64,000 bases of DNA, taken from the NCBI GenBank assembly GCA_035638495.1, contig DASQZW010000251.1, forward strand, positions 33,452 to 97,451. The letters run 5' to 3'. Below are positions 47,551 to 55,905 of the stretch, piece after piece; within the stretch, counting starts at the first letter, position 1, and the number at the start of each line of letters is the position of its first letter. Made by a program: the position numbers and the translations under genes. The notes beneath the pieces were generated by a model. It was not told the origin of the DNA, made no database searches, and saw only the letters and a program-made list of their open reading frames with translations. The DNA is from Terriglobales bacterium. Lineage in GTDB: Bacteria; Chloroflexota; Dormibacteria; Dormibacterales; Dormibacteraceae.

Positions 47551-48899
47551 CCACCCTCGTAGTCGCCGCGGAACGGCCCAGGCGGCTGCGGCAGATCGAC
47601 TTCGTCGTCCTGGCCCTCTACTGGGTCGCCATCGGCTATCTCTGGCAGAGCCTGGGCACCCTGATCCTGCCCAGGATCGTGCAGGACCTGGTCGGCTCCG
47701 CGCACAAGGGCACCGCCCTCAGCGTCCTGGAGGGGATCGGGACGGTGATGGCCGTCGTCTGGCAGCCGATGATGGGCGCGGTCTCGGACCGGACCCATAG
47801 TCGCTTCGGTCGCCGCCGGCCGTTCATCTTCGGCGGGACGGTGGGCGACGTGATCTTCCTCGCCGGCCTCGCCCTGTCCGGCAGCTACTGGCTGCTCGTG
47901 GTCTTCTACTTCCTGCTGCAGACCGCGTCGAACACGGCGCAGGGGCCCTACCAGGGGCTTCAGCCGGACGTCGTGCCCGAGGCGCAGCGCGGCACCGCGT
48001 CGGGGTACTACGGGCTGGCCAACCTGTTCGGCACGCTGGCGGGGACGCTCGTGGTGGGGATCATCCTCTCGGTCTCCGGCGTGCCCGCGGCCTTCGCGAG
48101 CATCGCGCTGCTGCTGCTGGCGACGATGCTGCTCACCGTCTTGCTGGTGCCCGACCGCGTTCCGCCGAGCCAGGACGCCTACCACTCGGCGGGCGATGTG
48201 GTCCGCTCGACGTTCACGACGCCGCTCAAGTACCCGGCCTTCATGTGGCTGATGGGCTCGCGCCTGCTGATCCTGATGGGCGTGGTCGGCATCCAGAGCT
48301 TCGCGTTCTTCTACTTCAGCGACGCGTTCTTCCACGGCAACGTGAACGCGGCGAACAACGCGACGACGGCGGTCGTCGGCCTGGTGGTCGGGCTCGCCAT
48401 CCTGGTCACCTGGCCGGCGGCCCGCCTGTCCGATCGGGTCGGCCGCCGCCCGCTGATCGTCGCGGGCGGCCTGCTCGCCTCCGCGGGGACGCTGATCCTG
48501 TTCTTCGGCGGCTTCCAGTGGATTCCCGGCGCGCTGCTGGCGCCGATCGCGGCGGCCATCGGGCTGCCGGAGATCGTGGCCCAGACGCTGGTCGGCGGCA
48601 TGCTGATCGGATCCGGACTCGGCGCCTTCCTGTCGGTGGACTGGGCGTTCATCACGGACGTGATCCCGCTCGACCAGGCCGGGCTGTTCTTCGGCTTCTC
48701 CAACATCGCCACCGCCGGCTCTGGCGTGATCGCGCGCTTCGCCGCGGGCTTCCTGCTCGACCACTTCAACGCCGGCCCGCACCTGCTCCAGCTTCCCGGC
48801 GGGTACCCGGTCATCTTCGGCGTCTTCGTGGTATGGCTGCTGCTCGGGACGCTGCTGATCCTGAAAGTGCCCGAGCGGCGGCACGCGGCCGCCGGATGA
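47547..48899 (+). CDS. MFS transporter
   Basis: 12-TM profile with the loop motif GAVSDRTHSRFGRRRP. GTGA overlap with the upstream gene. Confidence 0.8.
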   Translation: MTTLVVAAERPRRLRQIDFVVLALYWVAIGYLWQSLGTLILPRIVQDLVGSAHKGTALSVLEGIGTVMAVVWQPMMGAVSDRTHSRFGRRRPFIFGGTVGDVIFLAGLALSGSYWLLVVFYFLLQTASNTAQGPYQGLQPDVVPEAQRGTASGYYGLANLFGTLAGTLVVGIILSVSGVPAAFASIALLLLATMLLTVLLVPDRVPPSQDAYHSAGDVVRSTFTTPLKYPAFMWLMGSRLLILMGVVGIQSFAFFYFSDAFFHGNVNAANNATTAVVGLVVGLAILVTWPAARLSDRVGRRPLIVAGGLLASAGTLILFFGGFQWIPGALLAPIAAAIGLPEIVAQTLVGGMLIGSGLGAFLSVDWAFITDVIPLDQAGLFFGFSNIATAGSGVIARFAAGFLLDHFNAGPHLLQLPGGYPVIFGVFVVWLLLGTLLILKVPERRHAAAG

Positions 48900-49804
48900 T
48901 CGACGTCACGGGCCTCCCGGTGTGGGGAGGCCTTCCGGAGGCCGAGCCGGAGGAGGCATCGATCGTGGTCGCCGGCATTCCCTACGACCGCTCGGCGGTC
49001 TACCGGGGCGGCGCGGCCGAGGCGCCGGCCGCGATCCGCCGGCTCAGCGCCGTGATGCCGCCGCTGGACGAGCGCGGCCGCCACCTCGACGGCCTCACCC
49101 TGCACGACCTGGGCGACCTCGACCTGGGCGCGTCCGTCGAGCATGGCTGGCGTGCCGTCGCGGACAGGCTGGCCGCCGTCCCGACCCGCGCGTTCCTCAC
49201 GGTCCTGGGCGGCGACCACTGCTCGGCAATCCCCGTGCTGGTGGCTCAGACGCGCCGGCACGCCGGCCTCGCCGTGCTCTGGGTGGACGCCCATCCCGAC
49301 CTCTGCGACATCTCCCGGGGCGGTCGGTGGACCGTCGGGTGCGCGCTCCGGCGCGCGGTCGAGCTGGGCGGTCTCGACCCGGGATCGATCGTCCTCGCCG
49401 GGTGCCGCGACTTCGACGCCGAGGAGGTCGCGTACGTGCGCTCCCGGGGCATCCTTCTGGTGACGGCCGCGGAGCTGGCGGCCGAGCCGGCCGCTGCGGT
49501 CTCCCGCGTGACCCGCGCGCTGCAGGGCCGGCGGCTCCACGTCTCGTTCGACATCGACGTGCTCGACCCGGCGTTCGCGCCCGGCACCGAGGTGCCGGCC
49601 GCCGGTGGGCTCAGCACGCGCGAGGCGCTCCGCCTGCTCGAGACGGCGACGCGTCTCAGCCGTCCGGTCGGGCTCGACGTGTGCGAGGTTTCGCCGCCGC
49701 TCGACCAGGCGGGCGTGACCAGCCTCGCCGCGCTCAAGGTCGTCTTCGAGACCTGGAGCCGGCTGCCGCGCGAGGGGCGGGGGAGCCAGCGTGGAGACCG
49801 CTGA
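48896..49804 (+). CDS. Arginase/agmatinase/formiminoglutamase family ureohydrolase
   Basis: Mn-ligand motifs LGGDHC, VDAHPDL and SFDIDVLDP. ATGA overlap with the MFS gene. Confidence 0.85.
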   Translation: MIDVTGLPVWGGLPEAEPEEASIVVAGIPYDRSAVYRGGAAEAPAAIRRLSAVMPPLDERGRHLDGLTLHDLGDLDLGASVEHGWRAVADRLAAVPTRAFLTVLGGDHCSAIPVLVAQTRRHAGLAVLWVDAHPDLCDISRGGRWTVGCALRRAVELGGLDPGSIVLAGCRDFDAEEVAYVRSRGILLVTAAELAAEPAAAVSRVTRALQGRRLHVSFDIDVLDPAFAPGTEVPAAGGLSTREALRLLETATRLSRPVGLDVCEVSPPLDQAGVTSLAALKVVFETWSRLPREGRGSQRGDR

Positions 49805-50933
49805 CGCGGTCGTCGCCGGCGGCGGCGTGGTCGGCTGCTCCCTCGCATACCAGCTCGCTCGGCGGGGGCTGGACGTGGTGCTGCTCGAACGCGAGGAGCT
49901 GGGGTCGCAGTCGACCGCTCGATGCGCGGGTGGCGTCCGGCAGCAGTTCTCGAGCGAGACGAACGTGCGGCTCCAGCGGCTGGCGGTTCAGCAGCTCCTC
50001 GACTTCCACGAGGAGACCGGCGGCCACGCCGACTTCCACCAGATCGGCTACCTGTTCCTGCTGACGCGGCCGGAGCACGAGATGGACTTCCGGAAGCTGC
50101 TGTGCACGTGGCACGGCATCGGCCTGACCGAGGCGCGCTGGGTCGACGCCGCCGAGGCGCGCGAGCTGGTGCCGGTGCTGGCCGTCGACGATGTGCTGGG
50201 CGGGACGTTCTGCCCCAGCGACGGGCTGGCCAGCCCGGCCGATGTCACGGCGGGCTACGCGGCCGCCGCCAGGCGCCACGGGGCCCGGCTGCGGGAGCAC
50301 GTCGCCGTGACGGGCATCGACGTGGCGGAGGGACGCGTGCGGATGGTCCGGACGGCAACGGGGGACATCGCCACGCCGATCGTGTTCGACTGCGCGGGCG
50401 CCTGGTCATCCGAGGTCGGCCGGATGGCGGGTGTGGACGTCCCGGTCCGGCCGTTCCGACGCCACGTGCTCGTGACGGACGCCTTCCCAGAGGTGCCGCG
50501 CACCACGCCGATGACCGTCGACTTCGCCACGTCGCTCTACTTCCACCCGGAGGGCGACGGCGTCCTGATCGGGATGAGCGATCGCCAGGAGGCGTCGACC
50601 TACCGGATCGACGTCAACTGGGACTTCCTGGAGCGGATCGTCGAGGCCGCCGCCCGCCGCGCGCCGGCCCTGGAGCGCGCGGGGATCCACACGGCCTGGG
50701 CGGGGCTGTACGAGAGCACGCCGGACCACCAGGCGATCCTCGGGCCGGTCGCGGACGTCGAGGGCTTCTGGTGCGCGTGCGGCTTCTCGGGACACGGGTT
50801 CATGCAGGCGCCGGCGGTGGGCCTGGTGCTCGCGCAGCTCCTGCTGGACGGCCGCTCGGACGTCGACGTCAGCCGGTTCGGGCACGACCGGTTCGCGCGC
50901 GGCGAGCTGGTCGCCGAGCGGAACGTGATCTGA
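49791..50933 (+). CDS. FAD-dependent oxidoreductase (DAO family, sarcosine-oxidase-beta/glycine-oxidase-like)
   Basis: VVAGGGVVGCSLAYQLARRG dinucleotide fold and the GFSGHGF motif. 14-nt overlap with the upstream gene. Confidence 0.85.
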   Translation: METADAVVAGGGVVGCSLAYQLARRGLDVVLLEREELGSQSTARCAGGVRQQFSSETNVRLQRLAVQQLLDFHEETGGHADFHQIGYLFLLTRPEHEMDFRKLLCTWHGIGLTEARWVDAAEARELVPVLAVDDVLGGTFCPSDGLASPADVTAGYAAAARRHGARLREHVAVTGIDVAEGRVRMVRTATGDIATPIVFDCAGAWSSEVGRMAGVDVPVRPFRRHVLVTDAFPEVPRTTPMTVDFATSLYFHPEGDGVLIGMSDRQEASTYRIDVNWDFLERIVEAAARRAPALERAGIHTAWAGLYESTPDHQAILGPVADVEGFWCACGFSGHGFMQAPAVGLVLAQLLLDGRSDVDVSRFGHDRFARGELVAERNVI

Positions 50934-51533
50934 GTGGCGCGCTCGGCGGTCGGGTTCGCCGTTCTCATCGTGCTCTGCGCCTGCGGCGGTGGCGGGCCGG
51001 CATCGGCCGCGCATCCCAGCGCCACGCCGACGTCCCTGGTCACCACGCTCCCGCCCGGCGCGGCCCCCTCCGGGCCGTCGGCGGCGGGGCCGGACCGCTG
51101 CCACACGGGCGGGCTGTCCCTGGCCACGCTGAGCACGCCGAACGGCGGAGCCGGGAACTTCGTTCAGGAGTTCGGCCTGACCAACCGCACCGGAGTCGCG
51201 TGCTGGGTTTACGGCTACGTCGGCATGGCGCTCCTCGACGCCGGCGGGAACCTGCTCCCGACCCGGGTCGTCCGCGACACCGGCAGCCGGTTCGCCTTCG
51301 CGCACGTCGGCCAGTACACCGTGCAGCCGGGTGCGACGGCGCCGTTCTGGGTGCACTGGGAGGACGTGCCCGTCGGCTCGCAGTCGGCCTGCACGACGTC
51401 CGCCGGGCTCACCCTCACGCCGCCGGACGAGACGACGCAGCTGCGCCTGAACGGGGTCCGGATCACGGCGTGCAACGGCGGGGAGCTGGACGTGTCGCCC
51501 GTCACGGCGCCGGGCACGATCGGGCCTGGCTGA
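50934..51533 (+). CDS. DUF4232 domain lipoprotein
   Basis: LCACGG lipobox. C..GGL...GAGN...LTNRTGVAC.VYGYVGMALLD pattern. The start abuts the upstream stop. Confidence 0.7.
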   Translation: MARSAVGFAVLIVLCACGGGGPASAAHPSATPTSLVTTLPPGAAPSGPSAAGPDRCHTGGLSLATLSTPNGGAGNFVQEFGLTNRTGVACWVYGYVGMALLDAGGNLLPTRVVRDTGSRFAFAHVGQYTVQPGATAPFWVHWEDVPVGSQSACTTSAGLTLTPPDETTQLRLNGVRITACNGGELDVSPVTAPGTIGPG

Positions 51534-51542
51534 AGCCCGCAG

Positions 51543-51782
51543 CTAACGAGAGCTGCCCGCTCCGCCGGCCAGCATCAGCCCGAAGATTCCGATCCCGGCC
51601 AGGATCAGCAGGCCCGCGCAGCCGATCTGGAAGATGGTGTAGACGACGCCGCCGGTGGCGGTGTAGGTGGCGGCGGTCAGGGCGCGCTCGCGCTGGCGCC
51701 TCAGCGCGCCGAACACCCAGGCGACGCCCACCAGGACGGTGAGACCGCCCAGGACCAGCCCTCCGAGCAGATGCAGGTTCAT
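51543..51782 (-). CDS. Small two-TM membrane protein
   Basis: 79 aa: two hydrophobic helices separated by RRQRER. Strong G/C at third-codon positions. Confidence 0.55.
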   Translation of the reverse strand: MNLHLLGGLVLGGLTVLVGVAWVFGALRRQRERALTAATYTATGGVVYTIFQIGCAGLLILAGIGIFGLMLAGGAGSSR

Positions 51783-51819
51783 GCGTGCGCCTCAGTATCG
51801 TCGTTTAACCTTGGCGACC

Positions 51820-52374
51820 GTGGCGGGCCGCATCCGCTCCTTCGTCGCCCTGGCCCTGCCGGAGCAGAACCTGGCGGCGCTCGAAGGTCACCTGGCCGAC
51901 TGCGCGCGGGAGGCGCCGGGGTACCGGTGGGTCGAGCCGGACTCGATCCACCTGACGCTGCGCTTCCTGGGGAACCTGGAGCCAGCGGCCCTCGAGCGCG
52001 TGCGCGCGGAGCTCTCGTCGGTCGGCGGCGCGCCGTTCGACCTGGCGCTCGACGGCCGGGGGACGTTCGGTCCGCGCACGACGCCACGCGTGGTGTGGAT
52101 CGGCGTCAGCGCGGGCCTGGAGACGTGCGCCGCGCTCGCCGGGCGGATCGAGGCCGCGTGCCAGCAGGCGGGGCTGGAGCCGGAGCCGCGCCAGTTCCGG
52201 GCCCACGTGACGCTCGCGCGCGCTCGTGCCGAGGGCGAGCGGCTGCCGGCGCTGCCGGATCCGCCGCGGCTGGTGCCCTGGACCGTCGAGGACTTCGCGC
52301 TGTACGAGAGCCGGCTGCGCCAGCAGCCGCGGTACGTGGTCCTGGAGCGCTATGCGCTTTCGAGACAACCGTAG
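51820..52374 (+). CDS. thpR: RNA 2',3'-cyclic phosphodiesterase (2H family, LigT/ThpR)
   Basis: Two HxT motifs, HLTLRF and HVTLAR. Start at GTG 51820 or TTG 51811. Confidence 0.8.
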   Translation: MAGRIRSFVALALPEQNLAALEGHLADCAREAPGYRWVEPDSIHLTLRFLGNLEPAALERVRAELSSVGGAPFDLALDGRGTFGPRTTPRVVWIGVSAGLETCAALAGRIEAACQQAGLEPEPRQFRAHVTLARARAEGERLPALPDPPRLVPWTVEDFALYESRLRQQPRYVVLERYALSRQP

Positions 52375-52386
52375 CAAATCTGCTAC
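52371..52386. promoter_or_regulatory. Palindrome GTAGCA-AATC-TGCTAC 10 nt upstream of the antitoxin ATG (candidate TA operator)
   Basis: Perfect 6-bp arms overlapping the thpR stop. TACGAT (52383-52388) lies 7 nt before the ATG and there is no SD, so a leaderless transcript is possible. Confidence 0.45.
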
Positions 52387-52395
52387 GATTGCGGC

Positions 52396-52641
52396 ATGAC
52401 CACGATCGCCCAGCGGGAGCTCCGGAACCGCGTGTCCGACGTACTGCGACGAGCGGAACGGGGCGAGCAGTTCCTGATCACCGTCGATGGCAGGCCGGTC
52501 GCGGAACTGGGGCCACATCGGCCCAGGCGCTGGGTCGGGCGTGACCGGCTGCTCAGGTTGATGTCCGAACCGGTGGTGCCGACACTGCTGGACGACGTGA
52601 GGCGCCTGGAGGGCGGACTCAGCGACCCATTCGATCGATGA
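52396..52641 (+). CDS. Phd/YefM family antitoxin
   Basis: MTTIAQRELRNRVSDVLRRAERGEQFLITVDGRPVAEL. Confidence 0.8.
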   Translation: MTTIAQRELRNRVSDVLRRAERGEQFLITVDGRPVAELGPHRPRRWVGRDRLLRLMSEPVVPTLLDDVRRLEGGLSDPFDR

Positions 52642-53033
52642 GGGCCATCCTCGACACCTCCGTCCTGATCAGCGACGACCCGGCACTGGTTCCTGAGGAA
52701 GCGTCCATCAGCGTGGTTTCGCTGGCGGAGCTGCACGTCGGCCTGCTGCTCGCCCGCGATCCAGCCGAGCGAGCGCGACGCCTCCGCCGGCTGGGGTTCG
52801 TCGAGGCCGAATTCGACCCGATTCCCATCGATGCCGAGATCGCGCGCGAATGGGGCGCACTCGCGAGCCTCAGCGCGGCGCGGGGAATCCAGTCTCGCCG
52901 CCGGGCGATGGACCTGCTCATCGCCGCAACCGCCAGGGCGCTCGATCTCCCACTCATCACGCTCGACCACGACCTGGAGCCCCTGGCCGACGTCGTGGAC
53001 GTTCGATGGACTGGCGGTTCAGCCGGAAAGTGA
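52638..53033 (+). CDS. vapC: PIN-domain VapC toxin (intact)
   Basis: ILDTSVL, SLAELHVG, DLLIAATA and ITLDHD acidic-residue motifs. ATGA overlap with the antitoxin gene. Confidence 0.85.
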   Translation: MRAILDTSVLISDDPALVPEEASISVVSLAELHVGLLLARDPAERARRLRRLGFVEAEFDPIPIDAEIAREWGALASLSAARGIQSRRRAMDLLIAATARALDLPLITLDHDLEPLADVVDVRWTGGSAGK

Positions 53034-53426
53034 GGTCAGGCTCGCCTCGCCGCACTCGCGGTCCTGCTCGGGCAGGCCGCCGCTGACGCCGACCGCACCG
53101 AGGATCGCCCCCGAGCGGCGAATCAGCACCGAGCCAGCGCCCGGGATCAGCGGCATGCGCACCATCCGATCGACCTGCGAGAAGAAGGCGGGACGCCCCT
53201 CGTGGAGAAGGTGCAGCGCGTCGCCGTCGCGGTGCCAGACCGCGGCGCCAACCGCCTTCGACTCCGCGATCTGCGCCGACAGCGGCGGCGCGCCGTCCAT
53301 GCGGGCAAGGGCCTGGAGGTGGCCGCCCTCGTCGACCACCGCAACCGTGACGCGGATCCCGAGCTGGTTGGCGTGCTCCTGCGCGCCGGCGACAACGGTC
53401 TGGGCCTCTTCGAGCGTCAATGGCAT
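53019..53426 (-). CDS. GlcG/HbpS-like (DUF336) haem-binding protein
   Basis: ILGAVGVSGGLPEQDRECGEA signature. 15-nt convergent overlap with vapC. Confidence 0.8.
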   Translation of the reverse strand: MPLTLEEAQTVVAGAQEHANQLGIRVTVAVVDEGGHLQALARMDGAPPLSAQIAESKAVGAAVWHRDGDALHLLHEGRPAFFSQVDRMVRMPLIPGAGSVLIRRSGAILGAVGVSGGLPEQDRECGEASLTSLSG

Positions 53427-53444
53427 GGCAGTACCCTAGCCGCT

Positions 53445-54209
53445 ATGCAGTTGGGAGGCGCCGTCGCGATCGTCACGGGAGGGGGCACCGGCATCGGCCG
53501 GGCGGTGGGCGAGTGCCTGGCTCGCGCGGGTGCCAGAGCGGTCGTCGTCAACTACTCGCGATCCGTGGAGGAGGCCCGGTCCACCGCGGCGGCCCTCTCG
53601 GAACTTGGGTGCGAGGGTGTGCCGTACCAGGCCTCCGTCGCGGACGAGGACGCCGTGAAGGCCATGGTCGGAGACACCGTCGAACGCTTCGGCCGGCTGG
53701 ACGTGCTGGTCAACAACGCCGGGACGACGCGGTTCATCCCGCACGCCGACCTGAACGCGCTGACGCGCGAAGTCTGGGACGAGGTGCTGTCCGTCAACCT
53801 CCTGGGCACGTTCTACTGCTGCCGCGCCGCCGCCCCCGCCTTGAAGGAGGCGCGCGGTGCCATCGTCAACATCGCCTCCATCGCCGGCGTCCGCGCCAGC
53901 GGCTCGTCGATCGTGTACGGCGTCTCGAAGGCGGCCGTGCTCCAGCTCACGCGCAACCTCGCGGTCGCTCTGGCCCCGGAGGTGCGGGTCAATGCGGTCG
54001 CGCCCGGGCTGGTCTCCACCCGCTGGTTCCGCAACCCGTTCGGCGAGGAAGCGGCCGCCGCGCAGGAGGAGCGGATCGCGTCCGGCACGCCGATGGGCCA
54101 GGTCTCCAGTGCCGACCACGTGGCTCAGGCGGTCATGGGCTTTCTGGGTGCCGACCTGGTGAGCGGCGAATCGGTCGTCGTCGACGGCGGCCGTCACGTG
54201 GTCTACTGA
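53445..54209 (+). CDS. SDR family oxidoreductase
   Basis: TGGGTGIG, NNAG and YGVSKAA (YxxxK). Confidence 0.85.
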   Translation: MQLGGAVAIVTGGGTGIGRAVGECLARAGARAVVVNYSRSVEEARSTAAALSELGCEGVPYQASVADEDAVKAMVGDTVERFGRLDVLVNNAGTTRFIPHADLNALTREVWDEVLSVNLLGTFYCCRAAAPALKEARGAIVNIASIAGVRASGSSIVYGVSKAAVLQLTRNLAVALAPEVRVNAVAPGLVSTRWFRNPFGEEAAAAQEERIASGTPMGQVSSADHVAQAVMGFLGADLVSGESVVVDGGRHVVY

Positions 54210-54868
54210 CCGACGAACCGGACGTTCGGGCTCGGTAGGACGACCTCGAACAGCTCCGGCGCGGGCCACGAGGCCGGCGTGGGGCCGCCGACACGCTTCC
54301 AGCGCTCGGTGAGCACGAGGACCCGCGGCAGCGCCGCCAACAGGCGGGAGGTGCCGCGACGGTTCACGAAGCCGCCGTCCGCGAAGACGGCGTCGCAGCC
54401 CACGACCGCCACGGCGGCCGAGGGCCGGCCCACCGCGCGGGCGGCGACGCCCGTCGCGGCCAGCTCGGCGAGCAGCAGGTGGCCCTCGTCGCGGTCATCC
54501 TCGACGACCACCTCGACCAGCGGCGGCCGCGTGAGCACCAGGGCCCGTGCCACGAGCGAGCTGTTGCTGATTGTGGCGACCCGCTCCGCGCCGCGCAGCA
54601 GGTCCGCTGCGGCGCCCGCCACGAGCCGGCGCTCGGAATCGGCGCGGCGCAGCACCGCCTGCACGTCTCCGACCTCGAGCGCCTCGCGGGCCGCCGCGGC
54701 CAGCGCCGGCATCTCCGGACGTATGCGCTCGATGCCGGCGACCAGGCCCGGCCAATCCGCCCGAGGGCGGCTGGCGAGCACGCCGAGCGCCCGCCTGGCC
54801 AGCCAGCCGGCGCCGTGGACGCGGTCCTCCGCGATCGCGCGCAGCCGGGAATCCGGTGCGTAACACAT
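54203..54868 (-). CDS. eIF-2B alpha/beta/delta-like (IF-2B) family protein, short form
   Basis: ATISNSSLV and VVGCDAVFADGGFVNRRGTSRLLA match the IF-2B/MtnA-type Rossmann core. No SD at the proposed ATG. Confidence 0.6.
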   Translation of the reverse strand: MCYAPDSRLRAIAEDRVHGAGWLARRALGVLASRPRADWPGLVAGIERIRPEMPALAAAAREALEVGDVQAVLRRADSERRLVAGAAADLLRGAERVATISNSSLVARALVLTRPPLVEVVVEDDRDEGHLLLAELAATGVAARAVGRPSAAVAVVGCDAVFADGGFVNRRGTSRLLAALPRVLVLTERWKRVGGPTPASWPAPELFEVVLPSPNVRFVGQ

Positions 54869-55087
54869 GCGCGACGACCGACGTTACTATTTCCTGGAAC
54901 GAGAGGGACTCGGGGTTCCTGCCGGCTATCTTCCGTAGCGCGCTATCGAACGTGCTTTCGGACTTGCTAGCTCACTCCGCCAGAATCTAAGCTGGTCAAG
55001 GGACCCCGAGGGAAGCATTGCGAAGGAGTCTGGCGCCAGGTGGCGAGACTGGTTCCGGTTCCGGAGCGTGATCCGTCGGGGTCCGTA

Positions 55088-55126
55088 GTTTTCCCCGGTT
55101 TTCCCCTGTTTCCACCGTATTTCCAC
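55088..55126. repeat. Four helically phased T-tract repeats (GTTTTCCCC / GGTTTTCCCC / TGTTTCCACC / GTATTTCCAC)
   Basis: T-tracts begin at 55089, 55099, 55109 and 55120 (period 10-11 bp) in a low-GC spacer. Confidence 0.8.
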
Positions 55127-55184
55127 AGGCCTGTTCGTCAGCTACATTTGGTTGCCTGGCGGCGAACCTCCGTTCGGTAGCCGC

Positions 55185-55838
55185 CTAGAAGCGGCGGCCG
55201 CGGACCCGGTCGATCGAGAACTTCGCTGTCTCGGCGATGAGCATGACAGCCATCACGCCGGCCTCCAGCGGGTCGCTGACGACCAGGTCGGCCGCCTCCA
55301 CGAGTGAGCCGGCCATGCTGGTGCAGACCACGATGATGCCCGCCTCCTGGATCTCGCGCGCGGCGGCCGTGATGTCGCCGCCCATCAGCGCCCCGGCCAG
55401 CACCAGGACGCGCGCGCGGTGCAGGCGCGCCACCGCGCGGACCGCGGTTGCCAGGCGCTCCTCGCCGACGAGCGGGATCGTGTCGACCGAGATCCGTTCG
55501 CCGCGGATGTTGTGACGGTCCGCCTCCGAGATCGCGCCCTGCGCGACCATGCCGACCTGCGCACCGCCGCCGATCACGATCACGCGCTTGCCGAAGACCT
55601 GCTGGAAGGACGGCACGCGCAGCACCTCGCTGACGACGTCCAGCTCGGCGATCTCGGCGACGAGGGCGTCGGCGTCCGCCATCCCCTCCATCTCCAGCTG
55701 CGTCTCCGCGACGGCGCTGGTCGCGATGTACGTGATGTTGGCGCGGTGCCGGTAGATCACCTCAGCCACGCGGTAGAGGGCGCCCGGTTCGTCGCGCGTG
55801 GTGACGAGGAGTGCGAGCTGCTCGCTCACGAATCGCAC
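55185..55838 (-). CDS. ACT-domain protein with a C-terminal Rossmann-like domain (function unknown)
   Basis: N-terminal LLVTTRDEPGALYRVAEVIYRHRANITYI is ACT-like. The C-terminal part has RVIVIGGGAQVG. An alternative GTG start is at 55829. Confidence 0.6.
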   Translation of the reverse strand: MRFVSEQLALLVTTRDEPGALYRVAEVIYRHRANITYIATSAVAETQLEMEGMADADALVAEIAELDVVSEVLRVPSFQQVFGKRVIVIGGGAQVGMVAQGAISEADRHNIRGERISVDTIPLVGEERLATAVRAVARLHRARVLVLAGALMGGDITAAAREIQEAGIIVVCTSMAGSLVEAADLVVSDPLEAGVMAVMLIAETAKFSIDRVRGRRF

Positions 55839-55855
55839 ATCCGCCGGGATGTGCG
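55834..55855. promoter_or_regulatory. Palindrome CGCACATCC-GCCG-GGATGTGCG overlapping the ACT gene start codon
   Basis: 9-bp perfect arms. Sister site 41 bp away at 55876-55895. Confidence 0.5.
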
Positions 55856-55875
55856 GTTCTCAGGCCTCGTGCGCC

Positions 55876-55895
55876 GCACATCCGTCCGGATGTGC
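55876..55895. promoter_or_regulatory. Palindrome GCACATCC-GTCC-GGATGTGC just downstream of marR
   Basis: 8-bp perfect arms, 11 nt from the MarR stop codon. Confidence 0.5.
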
Positions 55896-55905
55896 ATTTC
55901 CGGCA

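Noticed and set aside
54926-55126. 66-aa basic ORF on the minus strand in the low-GC spacer.
   Set aside because: Only about 60% of its third-codon positions are G/C, against about 90% or more in real genes here. It has a GTG start without an SD and spans the phased T-tract repeats. Probably non-coding, although a foreign small gene cannot be excluded.
44195-55154. Shared 11-mer TACATTTGGTT in the two low-GC islands (44195-44205 and 55144-55154).
   Set aside because: In 64 kb, hundreds of repeated 11-mers are expected by chance, and no similarity extends beyond the 11-mer. This is not enough to link the two loci.
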